From Bradymonadia bacterium (GTDB taxonomy: Bacteria; Myxococcota_A; Bradymonadia; UBA7976; UBA1532): 64,000 nt of DNA. Location: the NCBI GenBank assembly GCA_046290225.1, contig JBKAGE010000002.1:1-64000 (forward strand). The letters run 5' to 3'. Positions 48,963 through 58,103 of the stretch are shown here, one piece after another. The notes under the pieces were generated by a model. That model was not told the origin of the DNA, made no database searches, and was given only the letters and a program-made list of their open reading frames with translations. Positions within the stretch are counted from its first letter, which is position 1. Every line of letters starts with the position of its first letter. The translations under genes were made by a program, and so were the position numbers.

Positions 48963-51188
48963 ATGTACGCCTGGGAAACCCCGCTCCTCATCACGCTCTT
49001 CTGCCTGGCCCTGCTGGCCTTTCGCCGCTCGAAGGGCTGGTCTCTGGACCCCATCTGGCTCGCCGGGGTCGGCATCGGCGCCATCTGTCTGGCCTTCGCC
49101 GCCTGGATCTACGCCCCCAGAACCCAAGCCGCCACTGAGGGGGCCGCTCACCCAGCGCTGCCCACAGCACGTACGGACGATGGCCGGATCACGTCGAAGG
49201 CGTGCCGCGCCTGCCACCCCAGCGAATATGCCTCATGGTACCGCACGTGGCACCGCACCATGACCCAGCAGGCCAGCCCGGATACGGTCATCGGCCGCTT
49301 CGACGGACAGGTGCTCTCTGATCGGGGCGTGTCGTTTCGGATCTTCCGTGAAGGCGACGGCTTCTTTGCCGAGCAGGTGAAGCCTGTGCCACCCCGTGGA
49401 GTGCCTGCCACCCGGCCCATCGTGATGACCACGGGGGCCCACCACATGCAGAACTATTGGATGCCTGCCCCGGGAGACGGCTCTCTGGTGCAGTTACCCT
49501 TCGCCTGGTGGACCCGGGACCAGCGCTGGATCCCCACGGCAGACTCGTTCCTTCAGCCTTCACCCCCTGATGCCCCACAGCCGGTGTGGAACGGCAACTG
49601 CAATCCGTGTCACACGGTAGGCTCTGTGGGCAAGACCGCCCCCCAGGCTCAAAAAGCCGAGACCGAGGTCTCCGAGATGGGCATCGCCTGCGAGGCCTGC
49701 CACGGCCCCTCCGAGGCCCACGTGCAGGCCAATCGGTCGCCTCTGCGCCGCTACCTGCGCCACCTCGACTTCGAAGGTGAGCCCGACGCCCCGGACGAGA
49801 CCGTGGCCAACGCCGCCCGGATGAGCCGAGACGCATCCATCGCTGCCTGCGGGCAATGTCATGGCCTCTTCATGACCCGAAACTGGGCCCAGGTGAACAT
49901 GCAGGGTGATCCCTTCACCGCCGGTGACGAGGCCCAGCACACCCGCGACTTCATCCGCGTGGGTCCTGATCTGACGACACCAGGAGACAAAGTGCTCAGG
50001 CCCATGGCCCACCTGAGCCCCACCCTGGAGGTGCACATCGCTGGCGCCCCAGCCCGGCGCGTGTCTCTGCAAGGCACCACCCGCTTCGGCGTGCATCTGA
50101 GCCAGAGCACCCCGCCCATCGCCCCAGGTGAAGGGTTCGTCCAGCTCTCCGGTGGCCGCCGACTGCCAGGGACCTTCGAGGTCTTCGACTGGGGCGTCCG
50201 CATGCGCCCGGGGCGCTGGCCGCCTCAAGGTCTCGAGTGGTTGCTGGCCCTCATGGGCTACGACCAGAACAAGCCCACAGCCATGGACATGAGCGCCTTC
50301 TGGCCCGATGGCACGGTCCGAACCACGGGCCGGGAGATGACGGGCATGTTGGAGACCCCCTGTGTCACCAACGGCGAGATGACCTGCCTGAGCTGCCACA
50401 GCATGCACCAGGGCGATCCCGACGATCTCATGAAGCCCGAGATGCCCGTGGACGGGATCGCCTCGAACGCAGCATGCATCGACTGCCATCCCATGCCGGG
50501 CGATGCCCTCACGGCCCACACACACCACGGCGCCGACTCGGAAGGCAGCGTCTGCTACAACTGCCACATGCCCCGGACCTCTTATGGGCTCATGGGTGCG
50601 ATCCGGGCCCACCGGGTGGACGCCCCGAGCGCCCTGCGCGCTCAACGCACGGGCCGCCCCGACGGCTGCAGCCTCTGCCACATGGACAAGCCCCTCTCCT
50701 GGACTGGGCGATGGCTCGCGGAGTGGTACGGACACACAGAGCCCGAATACACCGATGCAGATCGCACCTTCTCCTCCACGGCCAGATGGATGCTCGAAGG
50801 CGACGCAGCGCAACGCGCCATGTCGGCGTGGCACGCTGGCTGGGCGCCGGCGCAGGCTGTCGCCGAGGTGGGGCGCTGGACGCCGCCGCTCCTCGCCGGG
50901 CTGCTCACCGATGACTACGCCGTGGTGCGCTACATCGCCTGGGCGGCGCTCAGACGACAGAAGGCCTTCGCCACCCTCGAGTACGACTATGTAGCCCCGC
51001 CCCAGGCGCGGGCACAGGTGGCCGAGCAGGTGATGACGCGCTGGCAACAAATGCAGTCCGATCTGCGACAGCCCATGAAGGCCGATCCGAGGGCAGTCCT
51101 GCTCTCGGGCCCCGGCACCTCCGACACATCGATCATCCGACAATTGTTGAGCAATCGAGACACTCAGCCGGTATACATCGCCGAGTAG
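48963..51188 (+). CDS. Membrane-anchored octaheme cytochrome c
   Basis: Eight CxxCH motifs (CRACH, CNPCH, CEACH, CGQCH, CLSCH, CIDCH, CYNCH, CSLCH); two N-terminal hydrophobic helices; helical C-terminus. Confidence 0.88.
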   Translation: MYAWETPLLITLFCLALLAFRRSKGWSLDPIWLAGVGIGAICLAFAAWIYAPRTQAATEGAAHPALPTARTDDGRITSKACRACHPSEYASWYRTWHRTMTQQASPDTVIGRFDGQVLSDRGVSFRIFREGDGFFAEQVKPVPPRGVPATRPIVMTTGAHHMQNYWMPAPGDGSLVQLPFAWWTRDQRWIPTADSFLQPSPPDAPQPVWNGNCNPCHTVGSVGKTAPQAQKAETEVSEMGIACEACHGPSEAHVQANRSPLRRYLRHLDFEGEPDAPDETVANAARMSRDASIAACGQCHGLFMTRNWAQVNMQGDPFTAGDEAQHTRDFIRVGPDLTTPGDKVLRPMAHLSPTLEVHIAGAPARRVSLQGTTRFGVHLSQSTPPIAPGEGFVQLSGGRRLPGTFEVFDWGVRMRPGRWPPQGLEWLLALMGYDQNKPTAMDMSAFWPDGTVRTTGREMTGMLETPCVTNGEMTCLSCHSMHQGDPDDLMKPEMPVDGIASNAACIDCHPMPGDALTAHTHHGADSEGSVCYNCHMPRTSYGLMGAIRAHRVDAPSALRAQRTGRPDGCSLCHMDKPLSWTGRWLAEWYGHTEPEYTDADRTFSSTARWMLEGDAAQRAMSAWHAGWAPAQAVAEVGRWTPPLLAGLLTDDYAVVRYIAWAALRRQKAFATLEYDYVAPPQARAQVAEQVMTRWQQMQSDLRQPMKADPRAVLLSGPGTSDTSIIRQLLSNRDTQPVYIAE

Positions 51189-51208
51189 ACGATCTGCCCC
51201 CTGGAGCC

Positions 51209-51661
51209 ATGGCCGACACTTCCCCCAGCCCTGCCCGCCCTGTGGCCCTCCACCTGCGTTTTGGATGGATGGCCCTGTTGTTCTACCTCTCCATGGGCCT
51301 CGTGCTCGAAGCTCTGCACGGCTTCAAGGTGCCCTGGTACCTCGACGTCGGCAACGAGACCCGGCGCCTCATGTGGACCCTGGCCCACGTGCACGGCACC
51401 CTGCTCGCCCTGGTGAACATCGCCATGGCCTTCACGGTCCGGCACCTCTCGGGGTGGTCAGAGGGCAAACAGCGGTTCGCCTCCCGGGCGCTCATCGCCG
51501 CCTCACTGTTGATGCCCGGCGGCTTCCTGCTCGGCGGTGTCTACATCTATGGGGGTGATCCTGGGGTGGGCATCCTGCTGGTGCCCGTAGGCGGCCTGCT
51601 GCTCTTCGTCTCGGTGTTGCTCACGGGCCTCGCCGTGAGAAAACACCTCGATCTCAGCTGA
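51209..51661 (+). CDS. 4-TM membrane protein with AHVH motif (possible heme-binding partner)
   Basis: Four hydrophobic helices; LEALHG and WTLAHVHG; GGAG RBS; 20 bp after the octaheme gene. Confidence 0.75.
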   Translation: MADTSPSPARPVALHLRFGWMALLFYLSMGLVLEALHGFKVPWYLDVGNETRRLMWTLAHVHGTLLALVNIAMAFTVRHLSGWSEGKQRFASRALIAASLLMPGGFLLGGVYIYGGDPGVGILLVPVGGLLLFVSVLLTGLAVRKHLDLS

Positions 51662-51705
51662 CGGGCCTCAGCGAGCCGACCTCAATGGCTAGTCGTACTC
51701 TGTGC

Positions 51706-54045
51706 TCAGTTGAGCATCTGACCTTCTGCAGGGGCCTGCAGGATCTCACGCACCACCTTCGAAAGCTCAGGCGGGCTGAAGGGCTTGGCCAGCAACGTCG
51801 CCCCTTCGGGCAACGGCCCCTGGCTCTCGACGATCTCGTCGGGGTAGCCCGACATGAACAAGCTTTTGACGTGGGGGGCCTGAGACTTGATCGACTCCAC
51901 CACCTGAAGCCCGCTCTCTCCAGGCATCATGACATCGGTGAGCACCAGGTCGAAGGCCTTGTCGAGCCTGATGATCTCCATGGCCTGGGCATAGCCCGCA
52001 GCCACCATCACCTCGTGACCGCCGTCTTCGAGCACCCGCTTCACGAGCTCCCTCAGGGCGTCGTCGTCTTCCACCACGAGAATCCGGGCCTGGAACTCCG
52101 CGCCCGACGTGGCCATGTCGCCATAGTGTTTCAGATCGAGGGCCACCATCTCGCCGCTGCTCAGGATCGGGCTGAGATCGTACGGGGGGAACGTCACCGA
52201 GAAGATGGTGCCTTCACCGACGGCGCTCTCGAGAGAGATCATCCCCCTACACTGCTCTACGGCGCCGTACACCATCGACAAGCCCAGGCCTGTACCTTCG
52301 CCTTGGGGCTTGGTGGTGAAAAATGGTTCGAAGATGTGGGCCTGTACCTCGGGGGTCATGCCCACACCGGTGTCGGCCACCTGTAGGAGCACCTGGGGCC
52401 CGGACTCGCTCTCGACGACCTTCGTGCTCACGGTGACGACGCCCCCGGAGGGCATGGCGTCCCGAGCGTTCACCACGAGGTTGAGTACGATCTGCTCCAT
52501 GAGGCTGACGTCGGCGTACACTTGGGGCACGTTGGGATCGAGGTGGTGATCCACCTGCACGTAATCTTCCATGAGCGGCCGGGCGAGGCTGAGGGTCTCG
52601 GCCACCACAGTGTTGAGGTTGAAGGCCTTCATGCTCACCACCTGCCGGCGGCTGAAGGCGAGCAGCTTGCGGGTGAGTGCCGAAGCCTTCTTCGCCGACT
52701 TGATCACCTTGATCAGATCATTGCGCACCAGGGGCTTCTCGGTGGCGAGGGCCGCCAGCTCGGCATAACTCAAGATCGACGTGAGCAGGTTGTTGAAGTC
52801 ATGGGCCACGCCGCCGGCGAGGCGACCGATGGCCTCCATCTTGGTGGACTGCCTCAGGTGACTCTCGAGTTCTTGCTGCATCGTGATGTCGGCGAGGAAG
52901 CCCACGAGGTGCACAGGCGTACCCTGACGGTCGAGGACCAGGTCGGCGTCATGACGGATGGTGATCCAGGCCCCGTTGCCCTGATGCATACGGTAGTCGA
53001 TGTGCACGGGCTGCCCACGATGACGGCAATCATCGAAGGCCTGAATCACCTCGGCCCGATCATCGGGGTGCACCATCAGGATCCAGTCACCAAGCACTCG
53101 AGGCAGGGCCTTGGGCTCGAGCTTGAACAGATCGGGACCCCCTTCGCCCACCGAGAGCTTGTCCTGTACCGGAGACCACTCGAAGAGGACCTGCTTGGTG
53201 GCTCGCACCGCCGCAGAGTAGCGCTGCTGCCACTCCACCACCGCCCGCATGGCCTGACGATAGAGCGTGATGTCGTGTGCGGTGATCAAGAACAGTGAGG
53301 CATCTTCGATCTGCAAGCGCGAAGCGTTTACCTCGACATGCATTTGCCGACCGCGGTGGCGGATCAGCTGCACCCCCTGCTGCTCGTGCTCCGAGCCCCC
53401 CTCGAGGGCGATCACCATCTTCTCGAGCTGGGCGGAGAGCTGAGGCTCGGTGAAGATCTGGTTGATCAGCTGATGCTCGACGTCTGTGCGTGTGCGCTGC
53501 AGCAGCTTGCACATGGCGGGGTTGATCTTCATCACCCTGCGGGTACGACCGTCGAGGAGCATCATGCCACCCATGGCCTGCTCGAAGACCTCCGACATGT
53601 GATGGGCGGCCTCGTTGAGGGTGTGAATGGTGGACTCACAGCTCTCGAGGTGATCGCTGACGTCGGTGAGTGTCACATACTCGAGAGGCTCACCTTCGAG
53701 GACCTCGAGTGGGGCACACGATAGAGCGAAGCTGAAGAGCCGGTCGCCATTGCACGTGACGGCCCAAGGTTGCTGTTCGGCGTTGAACGCCTCAGCGTGC
53801 ATGGCATCAGTGCCTGACCCCGCAGTACCCAATCCCTTGATGCTGGAAGGCCACTGTACGAACAGTTGCTCTACAGGTTGACCCAGGGCCTCGGCTTCAG
53901 GCGCTTCGATGACCTGAGCAAAGGCGGCGTTCAACCCCACACAGTGCCCCGACCGGTCCATGACGATGACAGGCTGTGTCATGCCATTCAGGTGCTGCAC
54001 CAACACAGGGTGTACGCGGGCACGGGTTTCTGGCTCCAGCAACAT
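51706..54045 (-). CDS. Multi-PAS hybrid sensor histidine kinase/response regulator
   Basis: About 3 PAS domains; GGVAHDFNNLL, NLVVNARDAM, FFTTK..GTGLGL; receiver LVVEDD...TDVMMP...KPF. Confidence 0.92.
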   Translation of the reverse strand: MLLEPETRARVHPVLVQHLNGMTQPVIVMDRSGHCVGLNAAFAQVIEAPEAEALGQPVEQLFVQWPSSIKGLGTAGSGTDAMHAEAFNAEQQPWAVTCNGDRLFSFALSCAPLEVLEGEPLEYVTLTDVSDHLESCESTIHTLNEAAHHMSEVFEQAMGGMMLLDGRTRRVMKINPAMCKLLQRTRTDVEHQLINQIFTEPQLSAQLEKMVIALEGGSEHEQQGVQLIRHRGRQMHVEVNASRLQIEDASLFLITAHDITLYRQAMRAVVEWQQRYSAAVRATKQVLFEWSPVQDKLSVGEGGPDLFKLEPKALPRVLGDWILMVHPDDRAEVIQAFDDCRHRGQPVHIDYRMHQGNGAWITIRHDADLVLDRQGTPVHLVGFLADITMQQELESHLRQSTKMEAIGRLAGGVAHDFNNLLTSILSYAELAALATEKPLVRNDLIKVIKSAKKASALTRKLLAFSRRQVVSMKAFNLNTVVAETLSLARPLMEDYVQVDHHLDPNVPQVYADVSLMEQIVLNLVVNARDAMPSGGVVTVSTKVVESESGPQVLLQVADTGVGMTPEVQAHIFEPFFTTKPQGEGTGLGLSMVYGAVEQCRGMISLESAVGEGTIFSVTFPPYDLSPILSSGEMVALDLKHYGDMATSGAEFQARILVVEDDDALRELVKRVLEDGGHEVMVAAGYAQAMEIIRLDKAFDLVLTDVMMPGESGLQVVESIKSQAPHVKSLFMSGYPDEIVESQGPLPEGATLLAKPFSPPELSKVVREILQAPAEGQMLN

Positions 54046-54055
54046 GTGCACTCTC

Positions 54056-56341
54056 TCAGCGACTCTCCAAGCCCGCGCCCGAGAGGTCAATCTGCCTCTC
54101 ATCCTTCGCCATGTCTACGATCAAAAGTGAAGCATCGAGCATCTGTTCGTTCACGATTTGAGCGCCCGACCTCCGGCGTGCAAGACCCCTGATCAATCTC
54201 GGCGGGAAGAAGCGATACCTTAAGCGAACTTGCACTGTAAGTGGCCCCACGGCACCAGGGGGCAGAGGCACCTCGTAGAGCGCCAGCCGAGGCTCGAAAG
54301 GTCGCAGTGCCGCGCCGTCGAAGAAACGGTTGGCCTCGAGGGGATGGTCCACCTCGAGCTGGCGGCTCCGCGCCACGGGCGTGTCGGTCACCGGATCGAC
54401 GAGGGGGGCCCCGAGGAACCTGTGCCGATCCCACAGCGCCCTCGCCGTGGCCTCCAGAGCCTCCGAGGTGCCCTCTGGATCCAGCTCCCAGTCTCGATCA
54501 GAGGTGACCGGCCCGCCTGCTTCATCGAGCTTCACCCTCTGGAACGCGTTGGTGAACCGCACGATGCCCTGGTTCAGACCCAGAGGCCGCAGATCAGCAT
54601 CCGGGCCAGGGATCACACACCGGGCGCCCAACGACTCGGGGTCGAGATCGACGAGCACATGACGCAGATCTTCGTCGTGGGTGATGCCATCACCATCTCT
54701 GTCGATCAGATATCCACTGCGATAGATGACACACCGCTGCTGAGTCAGATCACACAGGCCGCTGCGCTCGCGGCGCATGCGGGCTTCACGGGTGAGGCCA
54801 CCAGACGACTCCGCATCGGCGAGCACGGGATCAGGTGTCCCATCGGGGCCTGGTACGGTGCACGGCAGCGCGAAGTCGTCCACCCCCGGCGTGTCGAAGG
54901 TCAGATCGAAGCACTCGGCGTGGGCGGTACAGGTGCGCCCTTCGTCCACCACCTGCATGGCCACCCAGACCTCGCGCTCCTGGCTGAACCCTGCGGGCAC
55001 GTTGTGACCCGCGCCAGTGTTCTCCAACCAGACAGGCACCGAGAGCAGGCCTTCGGCAGCCACCGCCTCGGGGACCTCGTCGAGGTGCATCTTCACCGCC
55101 GCCCGGAGCATGTCCGCCCGACGCTCTTGCAGGCAGGTGGGCCGGCCCCACTCATCTTCGGAGCAAGCGCCGTCGAGCCCTCGGCGGTCGGAGAGCGCCC
55201 GGCGGGCTCTCCGGGCCATGTCGTCATCGGGCCATGGCGCCAGCACATCCGCGGCATCGTCTGCGGGGAAAGGCACCATCGGGTGGGAGACCGCAGTGAA
55301 GTCGTGCACAGACACCCGCCTGCGAGGCAGCTCAGCCTGAACAGAGCCCTCGGCCGTGGCCGCCTTCCCTGCGGGGTACAGCTTGTGTGCCTTGCGCTGC
55401 AGCGTCGAAGGATCCACCCCGGCGAAGGCTTCGTCGTAACGCACCTCGTCGTCGAAGCGACGATAGGGATAGAGGCTCATATGGCAGTCCTGGCAGGTGA
55501 TCTCCTCTCCGTGAGACACCGCGCCCTCACCGCCGGGCAAACCCACGACGCCGAGCTCGCCACGCAAAGGGTTGAGCGGATGCGCTGGATCAGCCCAGGG
55601 GCTTTGCTGCCATTCGGAGAACAGATTCTCCAGCCGCGCCATGGGGGCGCCCGCCAGATCGCGCTCGCCGCGCACGACATCTTCCACAGGCAGCCGCACG
55701 TCGTGACATGCCCCGCAGAACTCGGCGCTGCTCAAATAGGGTTGTGTGCTCGACGGGCTCTGCGCACTGAGGGCTGAGTGATGAAAGGCGTTGCTCACTG
55801 GATCGGCGATGGGCCCAAGTTTGGTGGCGCCAGGGGTAAACCTCAGGGCCCCGTTGGCGATGCCGTCGCCGAGAGGACTGCCTTCGAGATCAGGCCCGGA
55901 GACCCTATGGCAGAAATCACAGGTGATGCCCTGGTCGATTGGGTCTTCGAGTCGCGCTCGATGCGCTACGCCCTCGGCACTGGCGGGTTGCCCGATCCCT
56001 TCGGCGACCCCCACGGGGGCATGACAGCGCACGCACAGGTTCCTGCCCTGCCCCTCGCCATCATCACTGAAGATGTCGTGGTCGATCTCCCCCACAGCCA
56101 GCTCGAGAGCGGCGAAGACCGGTGAGCTGGCTGCGTAATTCATGGGCGAAGGGGCGTACTCGTCTACCTGTCGCGGGTGACACGGCGCACACGAATCGAT
56201 GGGCAAAAAAGCCGCATGGGCCTCGGGGCGCACCTCGGGCAGGGTGTCGGATACAGGTCCTGGATCACACGCCGACGTCGCGATCCATGAGATCGCCATA
56301 GCCCGCCACCAGCTGCTGCGTAATCGGCCCCGGGGCCTCAT
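54056..56341 (-). CDS. Pentaheme c554-like cytochrome lipoprotein
   Basis: Five CxxCH motifs (CAPCH, CVRCH, CDFCH, CGACH, CQDCH); AGHNVPAG; TSAC lipobox. Start 56341 or 56299. Confidence 0.82.
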   Translation of the reverse strand: MRPRGRLRSSWWRAMAISWIATSACDPGPVSDTLPEVRPEAHAAFLPIDSCAPCHPRQVDEYAPSPMNYAASSPVFAALELAVGEIDHDIFSDDGEGQGRNLCVRCHAPVGVAEGIGQPASAEGVAHRARLEDPIDQGITCDFCHRVSGPDLEGSPLGDGIANGALRFTPGATKLGPIADPVSNAFHHSALSAQSPSSTQPYLSSAEFCGACHDVRLPVEDVVRGERDLAGAPMARLENLFSEWQQSPWADPAHPLNPLRGELGVVGLPGGEGAVSHGEEITCQDCHMSLYPYRRFDDEVRYDEAFAGVDPSTLQRKAHKLYPAGKAATAEGSVQAELPRRRVSVHDFTAVSHPMVPFPADDAADVLAPWPDDDMARRARRALSDRRGLDGACSEDEWGRPTCLQERRADMLRAAVKMHLDEVPEAVAAEGLLSVPVWLENTGAGHNVPAGFSQEREVWVAMQVVDEGRTCTAHAECFDLTFDTPGVDDFALPCTVPGPDGTPDPVLADAESSGGLTREARMRRERSGLCDLTQQRCVIYRSGYLIDRDGDGITHDEDLRHVLVDLDPESLGARCVIPGPDADLRPLGLNQGIVRFTNAFQRVKLDEAGGPVTSDRDWELDPEGTSEALEATARALWDRHRFLGAPLVDPVTDTPVARSRQLEVDHPLEANRFFDGAALRPFEPRLALYEVPLPPGAVGPLTVQVRLRYRFFPPRLIRGLARRRSGAQIVNEQMLDASLLIVDMAKDERQIDLSGAGLESR

Positions 56342-57155
56342 AGATCAATCCGTCGATGTTGCGCACAGGCACGATACCGCGAACGCTGCTGGTGATGAAC
56401 ACCTCGTCCAGGGCTTCGAGATCATGTCGATAGATCGTCGGGGTGATCACCTCGACCCCCACTGTTCGGGCGGCCTCGATGACTTTGCGTCGCGTGATGC
56501 CGTCGAGGATGCCCACAGACAAGTCGGGGGTGATGAGCTGACCATCTTTCACGCCGAAGAAGGTGCTGGTGCCGCCTTCGAGCACTCGACCGAGGGTGTC
56601 CACCCGCAGCGACTCGTAGGCGCCTGTGTCTCGGGCCATGCGGGCCCCCTTCACCGCCAGCGTGCGATCACCACTCTTCACCTTCGGATCCCGATTGCCC
56701 TCTTCCCCCAGATCTCTCCGATGGGTCTGAAACGACGTCAGGATACAGCCGATTTCGAGCAGCTTCTGGGGCACGCGGGGCATGGGCTTGGCAAAGATCA
56801 CCCGGTTGGGCGGGTAGGCGGTCTTGGGGTCGAGGGATAACGGCCCCTCGCCGCGGGTGATGACGATGCGCACATAGCTCTCACCCCAGGTGACCCCTTC
56901 GAGCAGCCCATGCATGTTGGTGTAGATCGTGTTCACCAACGAGCCGAGGATCATCCCCATCCGCTGAGCCGAAGCCACGAGACGCTCGCGATGTGCGTAC
57001 CAGAAGAGTGGCCGGCCGTGATGCGTACGCATGACCTCGTAGACGGAGTCACCGTGCAAGAACCCTCGATCGAACACCGAGATGGTGGCCTCTTCAGGTC
57101 CGGTGATCTGACCGTTGATGCTCACCAGCACCGGATCTCGAGTGGGGATGGGCAT
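56265..57155 (-). CDS. Class IV PLP aminotransferase (IlvE/PabC/Dat-like)
   Basis: DRGFLHGDSVYE, KVKSG, EGGTSTFF, ILDGITR, DEVFITSS. Confidence 0.9.
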   Translation of the reverse strand: MPIPTRDPVLVSINGQITGPEEATISVFDRGFLHGDSVYEVMRTHHGRPLFWYAHRERLVASAQRMGMILGSLVNTIYTNMHGLLEGVTWGESYVRIVITRGEGPLSLDPKTAYPPNRVIFAKPMPRVPQKLLEIGCILTSFQTHRRDLGEEGNRDPKVKSGDRTLAVKGARMARDTGAYESLRVDTLGRVLEGGTSTFFGVKDGQLITPDLSVGILDGITRRKVIEAARTVGVEVITPTIYRHDLEALDEVFITSSVRGIVPVRNIDGLIYEAPGPITQQLVAGYGDLMDRDVGV

Positions 57156-57210
57156 GGCTCTCTCCTTGCGGCCAGTGCGTGGCGCCCTGAACAGCTCACC
57201 CCAAGCATGC

Positions 57211-57936
57211 TCAGAAAGGCAATCCCTGGGCGTCGCACAAGAACTTGCAGTACCCATGGCCTGCCTCGTAGGCCGCCATCAGCTCGTCCACCAGCGCAGT
57301 CGTCGAGAGTACGTCCGCTTCGAGAGGTTGCACGAGGATGTGATCTTTGCGCTTGAGCTCCACGATCATCGGGTGCTCTTTGACGTAGCCCTTCGGCGGC
57401 CGCTTCAGGGTGTCCCCCGCCTGTTCGAAACGGGCAGTGAACTTCGGATCGTTGATGATGGCGGTGTACTCGTCGCCCTTTTCGGCGATGCGGGCCCTGA
57501 TCTGGGCCAGGGGCTCTCGGTCAGGTCGCCACATGCCGAGACCAATGAAGATCTCCTCCAGGCTGATGTGCAGGTAGAGCCCCGGGGCGTGTACGTCCTT
57601 GCCCGCCTCGTGGCGGAACTGAATGCCCACGTTGGTCTTGTATGGTGTCTTGTCGGCACCGAAGCGGGTATCGCGGTAGATGCGCATGAGCGAGCCGCCC
57701 ATCTTGCGGTCGTCGGCCTTCAGGTGAGCCTCGGCGGTGGTGAAACGCTCGTCCATGGCCCGGGCGAGGGCCCGGGCTGGCTCACGGATCAGCTGCTCGT
57801 ATCGGGGCTTGTTGGCGTTGAACCACTCGCGGTTGTTGTTGGCGGTGAGCTCGAGCAGGAACTGGAACATCTGCGGATCGAACCCAGTGAAGGGTGCAGG
57901 CTCGGGGGCGGCTTTGGCTTTGGCTTTCGCGGGCAA
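57211..57936 (-). CDS. DUF2461 (TIGR02453) family protein
   Basis: NNNREWFNANK..YE and RIYRDTRFGADKTPYKT. TTG start after GGAG. Confidence 0.88.
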   Translation of the reverse strand: MPAKAKAKAAPEPAPFTGFDPQMFQFLLELTANNNREWFNANKPRYEQLIREPARALARAMDERFTTAEAHLKADDRKMGGSLMRIYRDTRFGADKTPYKTNVGIQFRHEAGKDVHAPGLYLHISLEEIFIGLGMWRPDREPLAQIRARIAEKGDEYTAIINDPKFTARFEQAGDTLKRPPKGYVKEHPMIVELKRKDHILVQPLEADVLSTTALVDELMAAYEAGHGYCKFLCDAQGLPF

Positions 57937-58103
57937 CGGATGACTCCAGCTCGGTGGTGGATGGTGTTTGGGGCGCACCTTACCCGAGAGTTCTGTCAAC
58001 TGAGTGTCAGTTTTGCCACTGCCATTGCGCGGATGACTGACAGGGGGCTCACCAGGGGCGATGCAGTCTCGATCTCGACGACACCTTGCGGCATGCTCCC
58101 CTC

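Noticed and set aside
49960..50270. PilZ-like insertion between hemes 4 and 5 of the octaheme
   Set aside because: A beta-rich insert is visible, but the RxxxR and D/NxSxxG motifs are absent, so a c-di-GMP link is unsupported.
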